A stretch of 64,000 bases of DNA, from contig JALDTO010000214.1 in NCBI GenBank assembly GCA_023515725.1, forward strand, positions 165,743 to 229,742. Reading direction: 5' to 3'. Below are positions 39,613 to 54,504 of the stretch, one piece after another. This DNA is from Amoeboaphelidium protococcarum X5 (taxonomy: Eukaryota > Fungi > Aphelidiomycota). Under the pieces are notes generated by a model that saw only the letters and a program-made list of their open reading frames with translations, did not search any database and was not told the DNA's origin. Positions within the stretch are counted from its first letter, which is position 1. Every line of letters starts with the position of its first letter. The position numbers were made by a program, and so were the translations under genes.

Positions 39613-42012
39613 TCATTCATCGCCAAAAGCAACGCGTCCAATTCCAAACATCTACGCAACATGAGCTTCAGACACTTTCTCTGGAGATAGATTGCGCTGG
39701 CTGGGAACTTCTCTCCTCAAACTAGGCTTCTTCTAAGCGAATCCAGTGGCAACTCTCTTAGCAATCTTTCTCTTCGATGCTGACTGTTGTTCGCTGTCAT
39801 TCACTTCACTTATGGTCAACAAATTCTTTACTGGGGAGCCAGCTTTAGTTTCAACTTCAGCATTTGGAAGGTCCTTCAACACTCTCTGCAACATCCTGAT
39901 CCAAATATCGTGCTCTTGCTTATTCTCAGCATAAAAGTCTATTACTTCACCATGCTTGAAAACCAGTCGAAATTGATTAGACATTGACATCATCTCATAC
40001 TCACGCCCTGGACGGTCTTCAATAGCTACAATCTGAGTCAAATCGATGGTTGTCCTATATTCACGCGTAAATTCGTGATGAGCTTATAGCTGAGCACCGA
40101 CCAATTTGAAGAAGCGTCTGCGCCAGAATTTGATGTCACCACCCTCCTAATTCAGAAAGCCCTCATACCATTCAGTGGAATGCCATTAGCATTAATGCAT
40201 CCACGCCACTGCTTCAGACATAGTTGATGGCACCTCCTGGATCGGCGTTGCAGATGAATCTTCAACAACTAGCACCTTGAAATTGACAAATCCTCCCTCA
40301 CTGATTTGTACATTGTACTTGTCAGTCGTAGCATCATCAGCAGAAAATCTAGATTTAGGCCTGACCGAAAGTCTCCTAAACAGACTCTATCCCACTTCCA
40401 TGATGGATGAAGCTCTTGAAGGTGCTCGTGTATCAAACTAACTTGCACTAGATGATCTCAAATCCTTTACATGCCAGTCTGCTTTATGACAACTGATTTC
40501 ATCGCTTGACTTGAGCACATTATCATCAAGTTTAATAGTACCAATATCAATGTCCTTTGCGACAGATACTTCTCTCTTGGCAAATCTATCGCTTTTCTAT
40601 AACAATCTGGAGTTCTTCTTGTAGTAGACAACGTGTGCATGCAATGACAGCTGAACACGATCTCCAATCATGGCAATAAAAGCTACTTCTTCATCAAAGG
40701 TTATAGGCGCATAAAGATTCTGAGAGCAGAAAGACACAGGTGCGCTTTAATAAAGAGCTTCACCAAGCAAGGACACTTTGCAAAAGACACGAACAACATC
40801 GGGCACCTTATTAAAATTGAGCACCAAACCTCTAACATCCTACAACTTGATAAACACCTTAGATTACTTCGAGTTTTACAGGGTAAAAAGACTCTCCAAA
40901 GCAGGACGAGAACCAATAGATGCACGCTTGTAAGTGTTACTGGCCACGGAGGCGGAACTCTTGAAAGTCAGCGTCTGCTCCAGATTACCACGCCAGCTTT
41001 TACCAAACTTTACACTTTTGTTGATGTCCTCCTAGGAGTGATTATCGTCCACAAGTAGTAACTTTGGCTCCAGCTGCTTAATCAGGTCCGCCAAATCATC
41101 ATTACTCTTCTCCTGGGATGCATTCAATTCTTTGACCTCACTATCAGACGTCGCATGGGGGACTTTAATTGAGGCAGAGTCTTCTAACTCCACACTAATA
41201 CTAGACTTTTCAGGAATTGAATCGTTGTCTTTATTGCCGTCAGATACTTAAATATCTTGAATGCTTTAAGCATCTTCTACTGCCAAAGTCTCAGATTGGT
41301 GAACAGGAGTAGAGGGTCGTTTCTTGATGTCTAATGGCTCTACTTTGCGTAACTAAACTGGCTTTTGCACTGCAGCCATTTCGCGACTTTCTATAGTGAT
41401 ACTCTCTTCCTCAACCTTGGTGTTGACATCACTTACAAACTCAGATTACATGTCTGAAGGAATATCAACCTACACAACTTACTTCGATGCCACTGGACGA
41501 GTGATACGAATAGAGTCAGATGCAACCTTCTGACGAATCAGCTTAGATAAAACGCCATCTTCAATCTTATCAGCCAGAATTAAAGGAGCTAAAGCTTCAC
41601 AATCAGCAGAGCTTAAGCATTGGTGCATCTTTGGGATAAAAGAGACCAGAATCTTGGCAGCTGAGACGGCTGGCTTACACCCAGGATCAGTTAACACCTT
41701 CAACAGCGCCAGTTGCAAGGCACAAACGGACATATGATCATCAATCTATTAAGAAGTGCAGTACCATTTAATTTCAGTAGTTGTTTTAACCACCTCCATA
41801 GTCCATTCCAGCCTTTGCAGTCCAGCTGAAACATCAGGTGTCAAGTACAACAAGCGATTCAACGTACTAGTATTACTCGTTAGAATTGCTTCAAACCAAT
41901 TCTTTCGCTACTGGGCAGACATTATCTTCCTGTTAAGCTCTTTATTAGCAGTTAAGATAGAATAGAGAGTATGCCGTTCTGTAGTTGAAGCAAGAGCCAA
42001 CATCATCGGCAT
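39613..42012 (-). CDS. Anillin/Bud4/Mid2-like septin organiser with C-terminal PH domain
   Basis: WYEGFLNQEGGDIKFWRRRFFKLVGAQL...GEVIDFYAEN resembles the Bud4-type PH domain. Start codon uncertain. Confidence 0.75.
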
Positions 42013-42422
42013 CAAACAATGGTATGAAGAGTTATGTGAAAGTCGTTGTCATGGAAACACTTAACGCGCTATCATCGTATAGCAGTAAATCACTGCTAAA
42101 TCAGATAGTCTTAAAACAATGTCTATCTTAGCTTAATTAAATGCGACATTATATTGTTACACATCAAATGATATGAATTACTTTTCATATTCACACTTCA
42201 ATTCATGAGACTGCTAAGGAGAAAACCACATGGACATCCTAATCTTGACAATGAGCTGTGATTCAGTGTGAGAAGTGATTACGTTTTGAGGCGATAAGCC
42301 CCGCGTTCCCAGATAAAAGTTGGAGAGTCGCAACGGGTTATCTCTTTCTGATAGTGTAACTTGACTTTGATTGATCACGTCTAAAAACTTATCGCATTTT
42401 AATAACATCACACTAAAGAATT

Positions 42423-43019
42423 ATGAAGGTAACTTTTGCTTTCTTGTCCGTCTTGGCTGTCTGCTTCGCCAACTAGGAACTGCAACAGTCCGTGAATGAG
42501 CTGAGCAAGTTTGTCGAGATGCTAGCTCCATCATTGGCTGCATCCTCTGCTGCTGCTACCACCACTTCTTCCATCTCTGAGAAGAAGCCTGTCGAGTTTT
42601 GCTGGAAGAAGTTTGACTTGCCAAAGTTCCCACCACGCAGAAATGCTTTCGATTCTGCTGCCAGTGTGTGTCCTAGCAATCAGCTGCAGGTTCAGACTCA
42701 GGGTGATAGCTCCGACCTGTGCATCACTGCTAGCTGTCCTCCTAGCCTGCCTTACGCGTGCGGTATTGCCTGCACTGTCTCTCACGACTCTTGCACTAAG
42801 GAGGCTGCCAACGTGTCTCTGGCCATTTTCCAGGTGATTGAATACATTCAGAATTAGAATTGGACTGGTGCTTTGATCACTGCTTAGAGACTGGTGTCCA
42901 AGCTGCGTGGTTGGCCTCTATGCGATGACCTGCTGTCCTCTGCTGATCAGGATACTGGTGTCTTGATCCAGAACGTTATCCAGATGATCAAGGAATAGAT
43001 GACCTTTTCTAAAAACTGA
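42423..43019 (+). CDS. Small secreted cysteine-rich protein
   Basis: Signal MKVTFAFLSVLAVCFA; FCWKK...CPSNQ...CITASCPPSLPYACGIACTVSHDSC...WPLC. 198 aa. Confidence 0.82.
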
Positions 43020-43282
43020 GTGGAGGATGTTACTGGCCATTCAATAATACTATCTTAATACCTAAGACTACTGAATATGAAAATGATATTAAATACATTA
43101 TAATTGTAATGACTTCTGTATTGCACTTTTAGCTTGAGTTATGTACTGTTGTCGATCTTATCATCATCACCGTTGATCATCGATCCCGAAAGTCGCGTTC
43201 GCCCGACGACTCTTCATTGAGCTATTAATATTTCGGCATATTTATTTCACAAATAGACCATAAAAATATATATGCAATAATC

Positions 43283-44386
<1,104 letters not shown>

Positions 44387-44588
44387 TAAATCTTATTTTT
44401 TAATTAGAAATTTTGCATCTTCGAGATTATGAAGGAACCGATTTACGGGTTTGCCAAGACAAAGGGGCTATACTTGGCAGGAGTCATCATGATGAATGAG
44501 TATCGACATACTTACTTCTTACTTGTTAAGCTTTCAAAAAATCTATATAATTACGTAAATTTATAATATACTATCCTACTTTTTCATA

Positions 44589-44960
44589 ATGAACGCGTCA
44601 ATTCTATTTGCTCTGGTGCTATCTGTGATCTGTGGTGTGTAATCTCAGACTTTTGAATAGGCTCAAGATACTGTGCTGCAAGTTGCTCAGGATCCTTAGG
44701 TGCAGTAGACTGCAAATGATATCTACAATCAGCTGATCAATTCTACTGATATTCAGACTTCTGGTAGCGTGGATAATGGTCAAGCTACTATCACTAGTCC
44801 TTTGGTCAACGGAACCATCACTAACAATAATGGTAATATCAGCTTTGTTGGTAAGGTCGCTAATGTCAGTGATATTGTTCCATCTGGCGCAAGTACTGCT
44901 CAAAAGTCTTCTATTGCTTTCGGTTCTGCTCTGGCTCTGGTTGCATATAGTCTGCTATGA
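44589..44960 (+). CDS. Small secreted, probably GPI-anchored protein
   Basis: Signal MNASILFALVLSVICGVQS and C-terminal SGASTAQKSSIAFGSALALVAYSLL. Confidence 0.8.
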
Positions 44961-45330
44961 GTCTTAATTTCGTGATCATTTAAAGTGAATTAAAAATTTT
45001 TAATGTTTCGTTTACAATTGCTTTTTCAGTGCGTATCATATACTTTATGGGGATAAAACATCAGGCTTTGACAATGTTGAAAATGTATGATTTTAATGCA
45101 AATAATATAGCTATATATAACAAGGATTTGCACAGTTTGGCAACCGATGTATTACAAAGTAAGCTATTTTTAGCCTGAGGTGTAGCATATCAGTTCTTCG
45201 CCTTATCATCTTCGGTTCAATCGTTGCTAATCTTCTCTTCTTACAGTGATCTAGTGCACTTAACTATTACTATCAATAATTGGATTTAATTTAATTGCTA
45301 TATTATTTAAGTTAAATCTATCAACAACTG

Positions 45331-48300
45331 ATGCTCGTATCTGTCATTTTTGGCATTTGCTGCTTTGTGACAACCGTAGTGTGTGATTATGCGAATGTGT
45401 CATGGGTTGGCACGCTTTCAAACAATTGGCTTTAATACATTGACACTGTGACTGACCCCAATGGTGACTTCATTGTATCATACTGGTACACGGGAGTCCA
45501 GTCTCAGTTTGTCACTTCATTTGGTGGTGCTGTATAAAACACGTAGAATTTCAATTATGGGCTGTATGCCTCTTCTTTCGTAAAAGTTAGTGGCTCGACT
45601 GGCTAGATTTTGTGGACAATATCCATGTCTGGCCCATAAGGCGCTTATAGTTACTAGCTGACTACTGACAGCTAAGGCAATCTATTTGCTTCTGGTTAAC
45701 TTTACGCTGGCGTTGCAACATTGAACTTTTATTTCAACGGGGGTTTAGTCTATACTTTGGCAACAAGTACAACATCATCATGGCACGCTAAGTGGTCGTC
45801 AGCTGGTCAATTGTAGTGGGCCGGTTTTCAATCTAATGAGTTTCCTACAATTACAGGACTTGCATCGGATTCTGGTAACAATATTTTTCAAATCTCATAA
45901 GCTAGCCAGACTCTTTCCTACACTTACGGGGGATTTAGCTTTAGTCCCACAACTTCTGTCTGCAATTTGCGAAAGGTAAATCCCAGTGCTGTGTAGCTTT
46001 GGAAAGTCAACATTGGATATGCTGCCGTAGTATCATGTAGCTCAGCAATTGCCGTGTCCTAAACAACTGGTGATGTGTATGTAGCTGGATCGTTCACTTT
46101 TGGGGACACTGTGTAGAATGGTTATAAGACTCCAATTGGCTTACTCGGCATTCGTGATTCTACCAACCAGCTTTACATCACCTAACAAAGCAATATGACT
46201 CTGAAATCAGCTTTATTTTTGGCCAAGTTTAATAACAATGGCGTCTTCTAGTGGTTGGTACGCATTGACGATTCGCAACCTTCACCATCCGCTCTAAGTG
46301 TGTCGCCCAATGGAAATGTCATCCTAGTTGGTTCGTATCAGAACACAGCATCACCTCTCAATTTCTACGACACTAACGGTTAATTGGTCCGCAGTGTAAA
46401 TCCTGCTCGAGTAATGCTTAGTGGCTTTGTGGCGACCTTCAGCCCATCTGGTGCATTAATCTACGTTGCGACGATGGACGGATCAGGTGATGATTATGCC
46501 TACCACAGTGCAGTGGGAGCTGATTCTAATGCCTTTGTGGGATCATACTCTTCATCAACGTCTATTGCCGTGATTGACGGATTAGGAAATAGCTATAATA
46601 TTGCAGCGTCTGCCTCAAGTATATTAAAGTTTAGTCCATCTGGCAAATTTCTGTATAGCTTTCGCGGAAGTAGTGGTATTTCAGGCAGTAATATACTAAA
46701 AGGTTTTAACAATAGTCTGATTTTAGTTGGAAGTTTTGGCGGTGCATAAAAATTCTTTGACAGTTCCTCCGATAAAGGTGTGGATGTTCCGACAACTGTT
46801 GGAGGTATGGTATTTGCAAAGTACTTGGATTTTGTGTAAACGCCGACTACCACTACTACAACAACAACAACAACAACAACCACAACTACTACCACTACCA
46901 CTACAACCACGACTACTACCACTACTAGCACGACTACTACCACTACAACCACTACAACTACCACTACTACCACACCAACTACTACGACTACAACTACAAC
47001 AACCACCACGACTACCACCACAACAACGACGACTACTACCACACCTACTACTACGAGTACAACGACAACTACTACTACACCGACAACAACTACGACTACC
47101 ACAACGTCGACTACTACAACAACACACTATAGTAGTACGACAGTCATGAGTACTGGGTCATCTGAAAGCAGTATAATAAGCCATATAAGCTCTACTGCGC
47201 CCCAAGGTGAAAGTAAAATCCATGCTTTGCCAACGTCATCGGAAGTTGGTTTTGTAAGTACCGTCAGTTTGGTGAATTATACGAATCATGTGATGTTTAC
47301 GTTGAAGCCTGCTGAACATAGTTCCAGATCTGGAGACAGTATGACACTAAGTGACGGCGAAGCAGGATAAGTGTAGCCTGGTACGTAGTCCTCTATGATG
47401 ACTCTGTACATCATTGTTATTGCGATTGTATGCGTTTTAATTCTAGTATTGTTTTTGCTGTCAATATATTGCATTAGGCGCAGATACATCAAAACACGAA
47501 TGCTTTCCTCTAGAATGAAGAATAAGACATCAAGTAGTGCTGCTGGTACAACCAATCAATCATTTAGTACAGTTATAGGCCCTGCGACCTAAGTAGTAGG
47601 AACTTTGATGAGTGGGACAACGTATATGAACACTTCGATGGAAGTTGCGGTGCCTGCATATTTGGAGTTGAAGCGCGACTTAAATTTTAGAATGCTGCCC
47701 AATTCCTTCATAAATAAAGGTGGTTAAGCTGAGATATAGGTTGCGGAGATTTTGTCGTATCCACCTGGACATCCTTTCGCTTCAGTTGGTACTAGATTCG
47801 TAGCTGCTAAATGCTTTATTGGCGATGTTAAGAGAGATAGCGTTAATCAAGAGATTGCTTTAATGTGGAGATTCAAAGACTATGACCAAATTGCAAAACT
47901 AGTGGGATTTGATGGTTAACATAATGTTTTGCTAATTATAAATTACGAACTTGGTTCGTTGGAGTAGCTTATTCTGAATCAAGCTTAAGCCGTGGATTAC
48001 TCTATTGAATTGCAGACGATGCTATGCTTTGACGTTATTACTGCATTGGTGATCCTTCATCAGAGTGCTGTGGTCCACAATGACATAAAGTCTGGCAACT
48101 ACTTACTGTATCAAGACGCTAACGGCGCCTTGAGAGCTTCTCTGACGGACTTTGGTATCTGTACGCTTCAGTCCCGGGCCAATGTTGTGTAAGGCATAGA
48201 ATGGAATCGATTGCAAGGCCACACTGTCTCTTATGCTGCACCTGAGGTTCTTGCGAGATCATTGGTTCCAGAGTAGCTTCTTCCTGCTAGAGATGTTTAT

Positions 48301-48537
48301 GCTGGCGCTGTGGTGATGTTTGAGATTTTGGCGCGTAGGAAAGCTTGGGGAGGCTATAAAGCAGCTCAAGTCACTGAAATGGTCCTCCAGGGTTTAAGAC
48401 CTGAGGCTTAATTTTTGAATGATCGTGCTCTTATGCTTTTCCAAGTTGTTCAAATTGCATGGGCTCAAGATCCTTTCATGAGGCCTGTTGCTGCAGCTAT
48501 TGCCAACGAGATCCAGAATCTCGCATAAAATTTATGA
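45331..48537 (+). CDS. Receptor kinase: signal peptide, beta-propeller, poly-Thr stalk, TM, non-RD TKL kinase
   Basis: Single intronless frame (1068 aa). Blades such as TDSQGNLFASG, GDVYVAGSF, FLAKFNNNGVFQW, GNVILVGSY; TM plus RRR; VAAK, HNDIKSGN, DFG, YAAPE. Confidence 0.9.
46839..47140 (+). repeat. Poly-Thr (ACN)n stalk
   Basis: ACT/ACA/ACC/ACG run of about 100 codons. Confidence 0.92.
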
Positions 48538-48882
48538 TTTTTATATGATGATTTAATACAATGTTTTTAAGCTTTCATGTGGTTTCAACATTTACTGTTT
48601 GCAAAGTGTACATAGTCCGTGGTCCAGTAAACAAACAATAAGCTCAAATTTCTTGCGAGAAGTGCTGCACTGCTTTAGAGTTCCATTGAATCTATTTTTA
48701 GCCTGATGACGATTTGTACAATGATTTATTAGCCATGGTGCCATCTTTTACAAAGCCCCTGCATTCTTATCAAGTAATCTTGGTTGAATGTATACTAAGC
48801 TGATAATTATCTAAACTCTATTTTCTGGGTATTAATATTATATAAGCTAGATATTAAATCAGTTCAAATTATCAACAATCTA

Positions 48883-50581
48883 ATGCACGCTTTGGTTATT
48901 CTTCTCATCTACTGCTTTGTATCGACTGCCTGGTGTGACTAAGCCAATGGATCCTGGGTTGGCACATTGTATAACAACCTGTTCTAATACAGTGCCACCG
49001 TTACAGATCCTTTTGGAGATTTTATACTACTGCATCGATATGCTGCCGGTCAATCCTAATTTGCCACCACTCTTGGTGGTGCGGTCTAGAATACACAAAA
49101 TTTTTTCTCTGCATCTCTACCGTTTTCATTTTTGAAGATTAATGGGTAAACTGGCTAGATTTAATGGACTGCATCCGTTGACTGCAGTACTGGTGTTTTC
49201 AGCTGGCAATTGACCACAGACAATTAAGGTAATCTCATTGCAACAGGTTTCGTTTTTGGTGTTGCTGCTCTGAGATTTTATTTCAATGGAGTATTGGTCT
49301 AAACATTGGCATAAAGTACAACAACCCCATGGCACGCCAAGTGGTCGCCAGCGGGTCAATTCCTTTGGGCTCAATTTCTACCTGCTGATCTATCTAGGAT
49401 TACCGGACTTGCAGTTGATTCTGCTAACAATATCTTTCAAATGTCGTAGGTTAACCAGGCTCTTTCATACACATATGGGGGATTTAGCTTCAGTCCTTCA
49501 ACTACCGTCTGCAACTTGCGCAAGGTAAATCCTAGTGGTGCTTAGCTGTGGAAAGTCAACATTGGGCATGCTGCAACTACAACCTGTAACTCTGCTATTG
49601 CCGTGTCGTAGTCAACAGGCGATGTGTATGTTGCTGGATCGTTCACTTTTGGGGACACTGTGTAGAATGGCTACAATACTCCAATTGGCTTATTAGGCAT
49701 TCGAGATTCCACTAATTAGCTCTATAATACTCAACAAAGCAACATGATTTTAAAGTCGGCTCTATTCTTGGCTAAATTCAATAGCGCTGGTGTCTTCTAG
49801 TGGCTGGTGCGTATTGACGATTCGTAACCAGTACCATCCGCTCTAAGTGTGTCGCCAGATGGAAATGTTGTCCTTGTTGGCTCGTATCAGAATACAGCTT
49901 ATGCTCTTGGGTTTTACGACATTAATGGTTAACTAGTCCGCAGTGTGAATCCTGCTCGAGTAATGATGAGTGGCTTCGTAGCGACCTACAGTCCAACTGG
50001 TTCTCTAGTATATGTAGCGACAATGGACGGAGCTAGTGATGATTAGGCCGTTGATTGTGTTGTGGACGCTGTCTCCAACGTATTTGTGGCAGCATAGCTT
50101 GCATCGCCTGCTGTCGCTGTAGTTGATGGATTAGGGAATAGCTAAAGTATTCCATCATCTCCGTCAACCGTGCTGAAGTTTAGTCCATCTGGTAAGTTTT
50201 TGTATAGTTTTCGAGGTACTGGCATCACCGTTCGTGATATTCTGAGAGGAATCGACAATAGCTTGATTCTAGCTGGTTAATTTACCAGCGGATCCAAATT
50301 ATATGATAGTTCCAACATTAATGGTTTGGATATGCCGTGGTCTGGTAGTGGTTACGTGTTTGCAAATTATTTGGATTATGACTCTACTCCGACAACCACA
50401 AGTACTACTACTACGACTACTACTACAACAACAACTACGACTACAACAACAACTACGACTACGACAACCACGTCGACAACTACCACTAGTACCACCACAA
50501 CAACAACTACTACTCCGACCACAACTACGTCTACTACAACCACGACGACTACTTCTATTAGTGCTACAACAACATCAACCC

Positions 50582-50624
<43 letters not shown>

Positions 50625-52206
50625 GACGACGACGACTCCTACTACAACGACAACCACGACTACCACTTTGATCTCAACTACGACTACGACGACGATTACC
50701 ACACTTTCTACGACTACACCGACTACTGTGACTGCTCCGACAACAGCTAGTACTACGCCGACAACGACTACTGCCACAATGTCATTTGCTAGTGCAATAT
50801 TATCCGAAGCTGCCTTAATAAGTCTCGTTAACTCCACCACATCCTAAATTGCTGTTGATATTAGCTCAATGACAACTTCTCTGTTGTCTGATCCACAGAC
50901 TACTACTGCAATCTTGATTAGTCACACTACAAAACTAATTTTCGAGTTGCTCTCGAACGAGTAAAGCTCTAGTATTACAAATAGTATGTCACTCAATGAC
51001 GACGTAGCAGGACAAGTATAGCCTGGAACTTAGTCTTAAATGATGACACTGTACATTATTGTCATTGTGATTGTGTGCGTTTTAATCATTGCAGTCGTTC
51101 TACTGTCTATGTACTGCATAAGGCGCAGGTACATCAAGGCTCGCATGAGATCTTCCAAGACACTGTTATCAAGGAATATTGGAGGTATGACTGATCAAAC
51201 ATTAAATGCGGCAATTGGTTCGGCGATTTAAACAGGAGGCACAGCGATGGGTGGTACAACGTTTATGAATTCTTCGATGGAAGTTGCTGTGCCAGCATAC
51301 TTGGAGTTGAAGCGTGATATCAATTTTAGAATGGTACCCAATTCCTTTATCAACAAGGGCGGATAAGCTGAGATTTAGGTTGCAGAGATTTTGTCATATC
51401 CTGCGGGACACCCTTTTGCTACAAGTGGAACTAAATTCGTAGCAGCTAAATGCTTCATTGGCAAAGTGCAGAAGGATAGCGTTCATCAGGAGATTGCTCT
51501 GATGTGGAGATTCAAAGACTATGACTAAATTGCAAAGCTGATTGGTTTCGATACTTTGCTCAATGTATTGCTTATGATCAATTATGAACTGGGCTCTTTG
51601 GAGTAGCTGATTCTGGGCCAAACTCAGTATGCTTAATCGGTCAACTATTCAATGGAGTAACAGCAAATTTTATGCTTAGACGTTTTCGCAGCGTTATGGA
51701 TCTTGCATTAGAATGCTGTGGTCCACAATGACATCAAGTCTGGCAACTATTTGGTGTACCAAGACGCTAGCGGTCTATAACGCGCTGTACTGACAGACTT
51801 TGGTATTTGTACTCTACTTTCGCGGGCGAACGTAGTGTAGGGTATGTAATGGAATTAATTAAAAGGCCACACTGTCACGTATGCTGCACCAGAGGTTTTG
51901 TCTAAACTACAAGTTCCAGAGCAGCTTCTCCCTGCAAGAGATGTTTACGCTGGTGCTGTGGTGATGTATGAGATTTTGACGCGTAGAAAAGCATGGGACG
52001 GCTATAAAGCAGCTTAAATCACTGAAATGGTACTTTAAGGTTTAAGACCCGATGCATCATTTCAGAATTACCGTGTGCAGCTGCTCTTTCAGATTATTTA
52101 ACTTGCTTGGGCTCAAGATCCTCAAATGAGGCCTACTGCGGCAGCTATAGCTGGTGAGCTATAAAACATTCCACCAATTGAATACACGACGACACTAATG
52201 TAATGA
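48883..52206 (+). CDS. Tandem paralog receptor kinase: beta-propeller, poly-Thr stalk, TM, non-RD TKL kinase
   Basis: Single intronless frame (1107 aa) colinear with 45331-48537. HNDIKSGN, DFG, YAAPE. Confidence 0.9.
50383..50778 (+). repeat. Poly-Thr (ACN)n stalk, long
   Basis: About 130 codons, including a pure (ACT)n tract near 50587-50622. Confidence 0.92.
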
Positions 52207-52490
52207 ATGAATGATTTAATATACGACTGACTGTTTAAAAGCATTTGTCTATTACTTTATCCCTAGTGATTAAAGTTGAAGCGGAATATTATGCTGCTGA
52301 TGGCTATTGTGAATGGCGAACCAATGTTGGCTACTACAACACATCAACTGTGACATAATATTCAACAGGATTGTAATGGAAGTTGTGGCATTCAAAAGAT
52401 ATATGGTGAAATTTACAATAATAAAGGTCAAATAACAATAAAGCGTATACTAATCATTGATTTAAGAGACAAATGTATTGATATTTGTAA

Positions 52491-54191
52491 TCATCGAGGT
52501 GTACCAAATAGACGGCCCAGCAGACTACCACTTGAACTCTACTGGGAGTCCCCATTGCGCACACTACCTAGTATAAGACTCTCAGCAGATCGATCCAGCT
52601 GTCGAGAGTTCCTCAAAGACGCAGCAGAGGATTGAAATATCGGCCGACTTGACCTTCTAGTGTATTCCACAGCATTTGTAGAACTCAGCGCAGGGGAGTC
52701 CATCATTTCATCATCATATCCTGTAGAATTTTAATTACCATTTAACGACTATTATTCTTACTGATTATCATCATAGAGATTGCAATCTGATTCAAACATG
52801 AAATCATGCAGATTCTATTAATCATCACCAACATCACCTTGCCGGATATACCTTTAAGTGGAGTATGGCAGTTCAGCATTTGGTACTAACGGAGAAGTCT
52901 CAGAATGCAGAGTAGATCCACTTGGAAGCCCTGATGATGATTATGGAAACTCAGCAATAGTAATTCTAAGCTCATCCGAGTTTTCATATTCATCGTTAAT
53001 TGAGGAGGAAGACGATGACGACACAGAGCCATCCACTAGGACATCAGTCTTACATATGGGACATACTCTCTTCTTTGTGAGAAGCCAGGGATCAATGCAC
53101 TGCATGTGGAAAGAATGGCTACAATTGACCAGATACCTAATCTTATCACCAACCACGAAATCATCAAGACAGATGGCACACGTTTTACCATACTTTACAT
53201 ACTATTAATGATTCCGACGACGCTTGCCTTCACTTTTATACACCGAATCTTATGACGCGGCACCAGAGTCTGGTTAATCATCTACTTAGTAACTGCTGGT
53301 AGACGCTATACTGAGACTTCTCACAGATCCTTCATAAATTTCTACAGGAAGCCTCTGCAGATCTTCGTCTGACAATGTTCCAATATAGTCTCCATCTCCT
53401 GGTGCTTAACCATCCGCTGTTATAAATCTCCGTCGCCTAAATCTCCAGAGGGAATACAAAAATATGAATATGACAATAGGGGCAATAATGGTCACAATGA
53501 TAATATCCAGCATAGGCCATTAGAAATCCTATTGCTTTGAAATCTCCACCCACAGATACTCATCGCCAAGCATGTAATCAGACGGAACACCATCACGAGC
53601 ATCAAAAGTCTGCGAGTTCTTCAATCCGAGATACCTCAAATCTCTATAAGCCCACTGCATCACAAAGACGGATGGTACGTCGATATCGCTCGTGTCACCA
53701 GAGCCAAACATCACAATCAATCCATTTCGCTGCTCATTATCACCGACAACCACGGCCGATGCACCAGACTACTGCATAGCTCTGACTTTATCCACAAATG
53801 AGCACTATCCTCTCTCGACCAGAGCTATCCAAGGAGGAATCGTCTCATTACCAGCCGGCTATAAAATGAATTCTGGTGGATATACAGGCACACAACCTTT
53901 GGGTGAATTTTCAATATAGCTAAATTGTAATTAAGGTATTTATTCAACAACATCCTGCTATTCCTAAATAATTGTTGCGTTATCTCTTATAATCTCAGTA
54001 GGCCTGGGAGAGAGTTGATCTACAGCCACCAGGATTCCTCTGACAGGAGAGTCGATATCGATATTGGGACCAAATGCGGCTATTCTATCATCATAAGTGT
54101 CATTAGTCGACAATACTGTGACTTTTGCAATTAAATTTTATACCAAAATCGCTAAAAGAACTGCAATTAATCGCAATATAATATGAGCCAT
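52491..54191 (-). CDS. PA-TM-RING E3 ubiquitin ligase (RNF13/RNF167-like)
   Basis: Signal peptide, AAFGP, IALVERGQCSFVDKVRAMQ, TM, RING-H2 CAICLDDF...CSHSFHMQCIDPWLLTKKRVCPIC. Confidence 0.92.
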
Positions 54192-54504
54192 TTTAAACTC
54201 TATTACACTTGAGATAATTGAATTAATGATGATGATGATCACTAACGGAGAAAAGAATGAATGAATGTGATAACACACGAGAGCGACAATATTCACAGTG
54301 ACGTGATGAAAGTGGCCGAAATCATAGTGTTACACGCCGATTGAAAATTAACCCACGCTTTTTCAGTAATAATTAGGACCAGATATTAAAGAAGATTTGA
54401 TATAGCAAATAGTAAATGCTATTGATTCATATCATTTATATTTCACCCAAAACACCTCACTGCTAAACTATTTGCATACCTGCAACAACTAAACATGAGA
54501 CAAT

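Noticed and set aside
46593-50840. Poly-Val, poly-Leu/Gln and Cys/Ser-rich ORFs
   Set aside because: Alternative-frame and antisense readings of the poly-Thr repeats.
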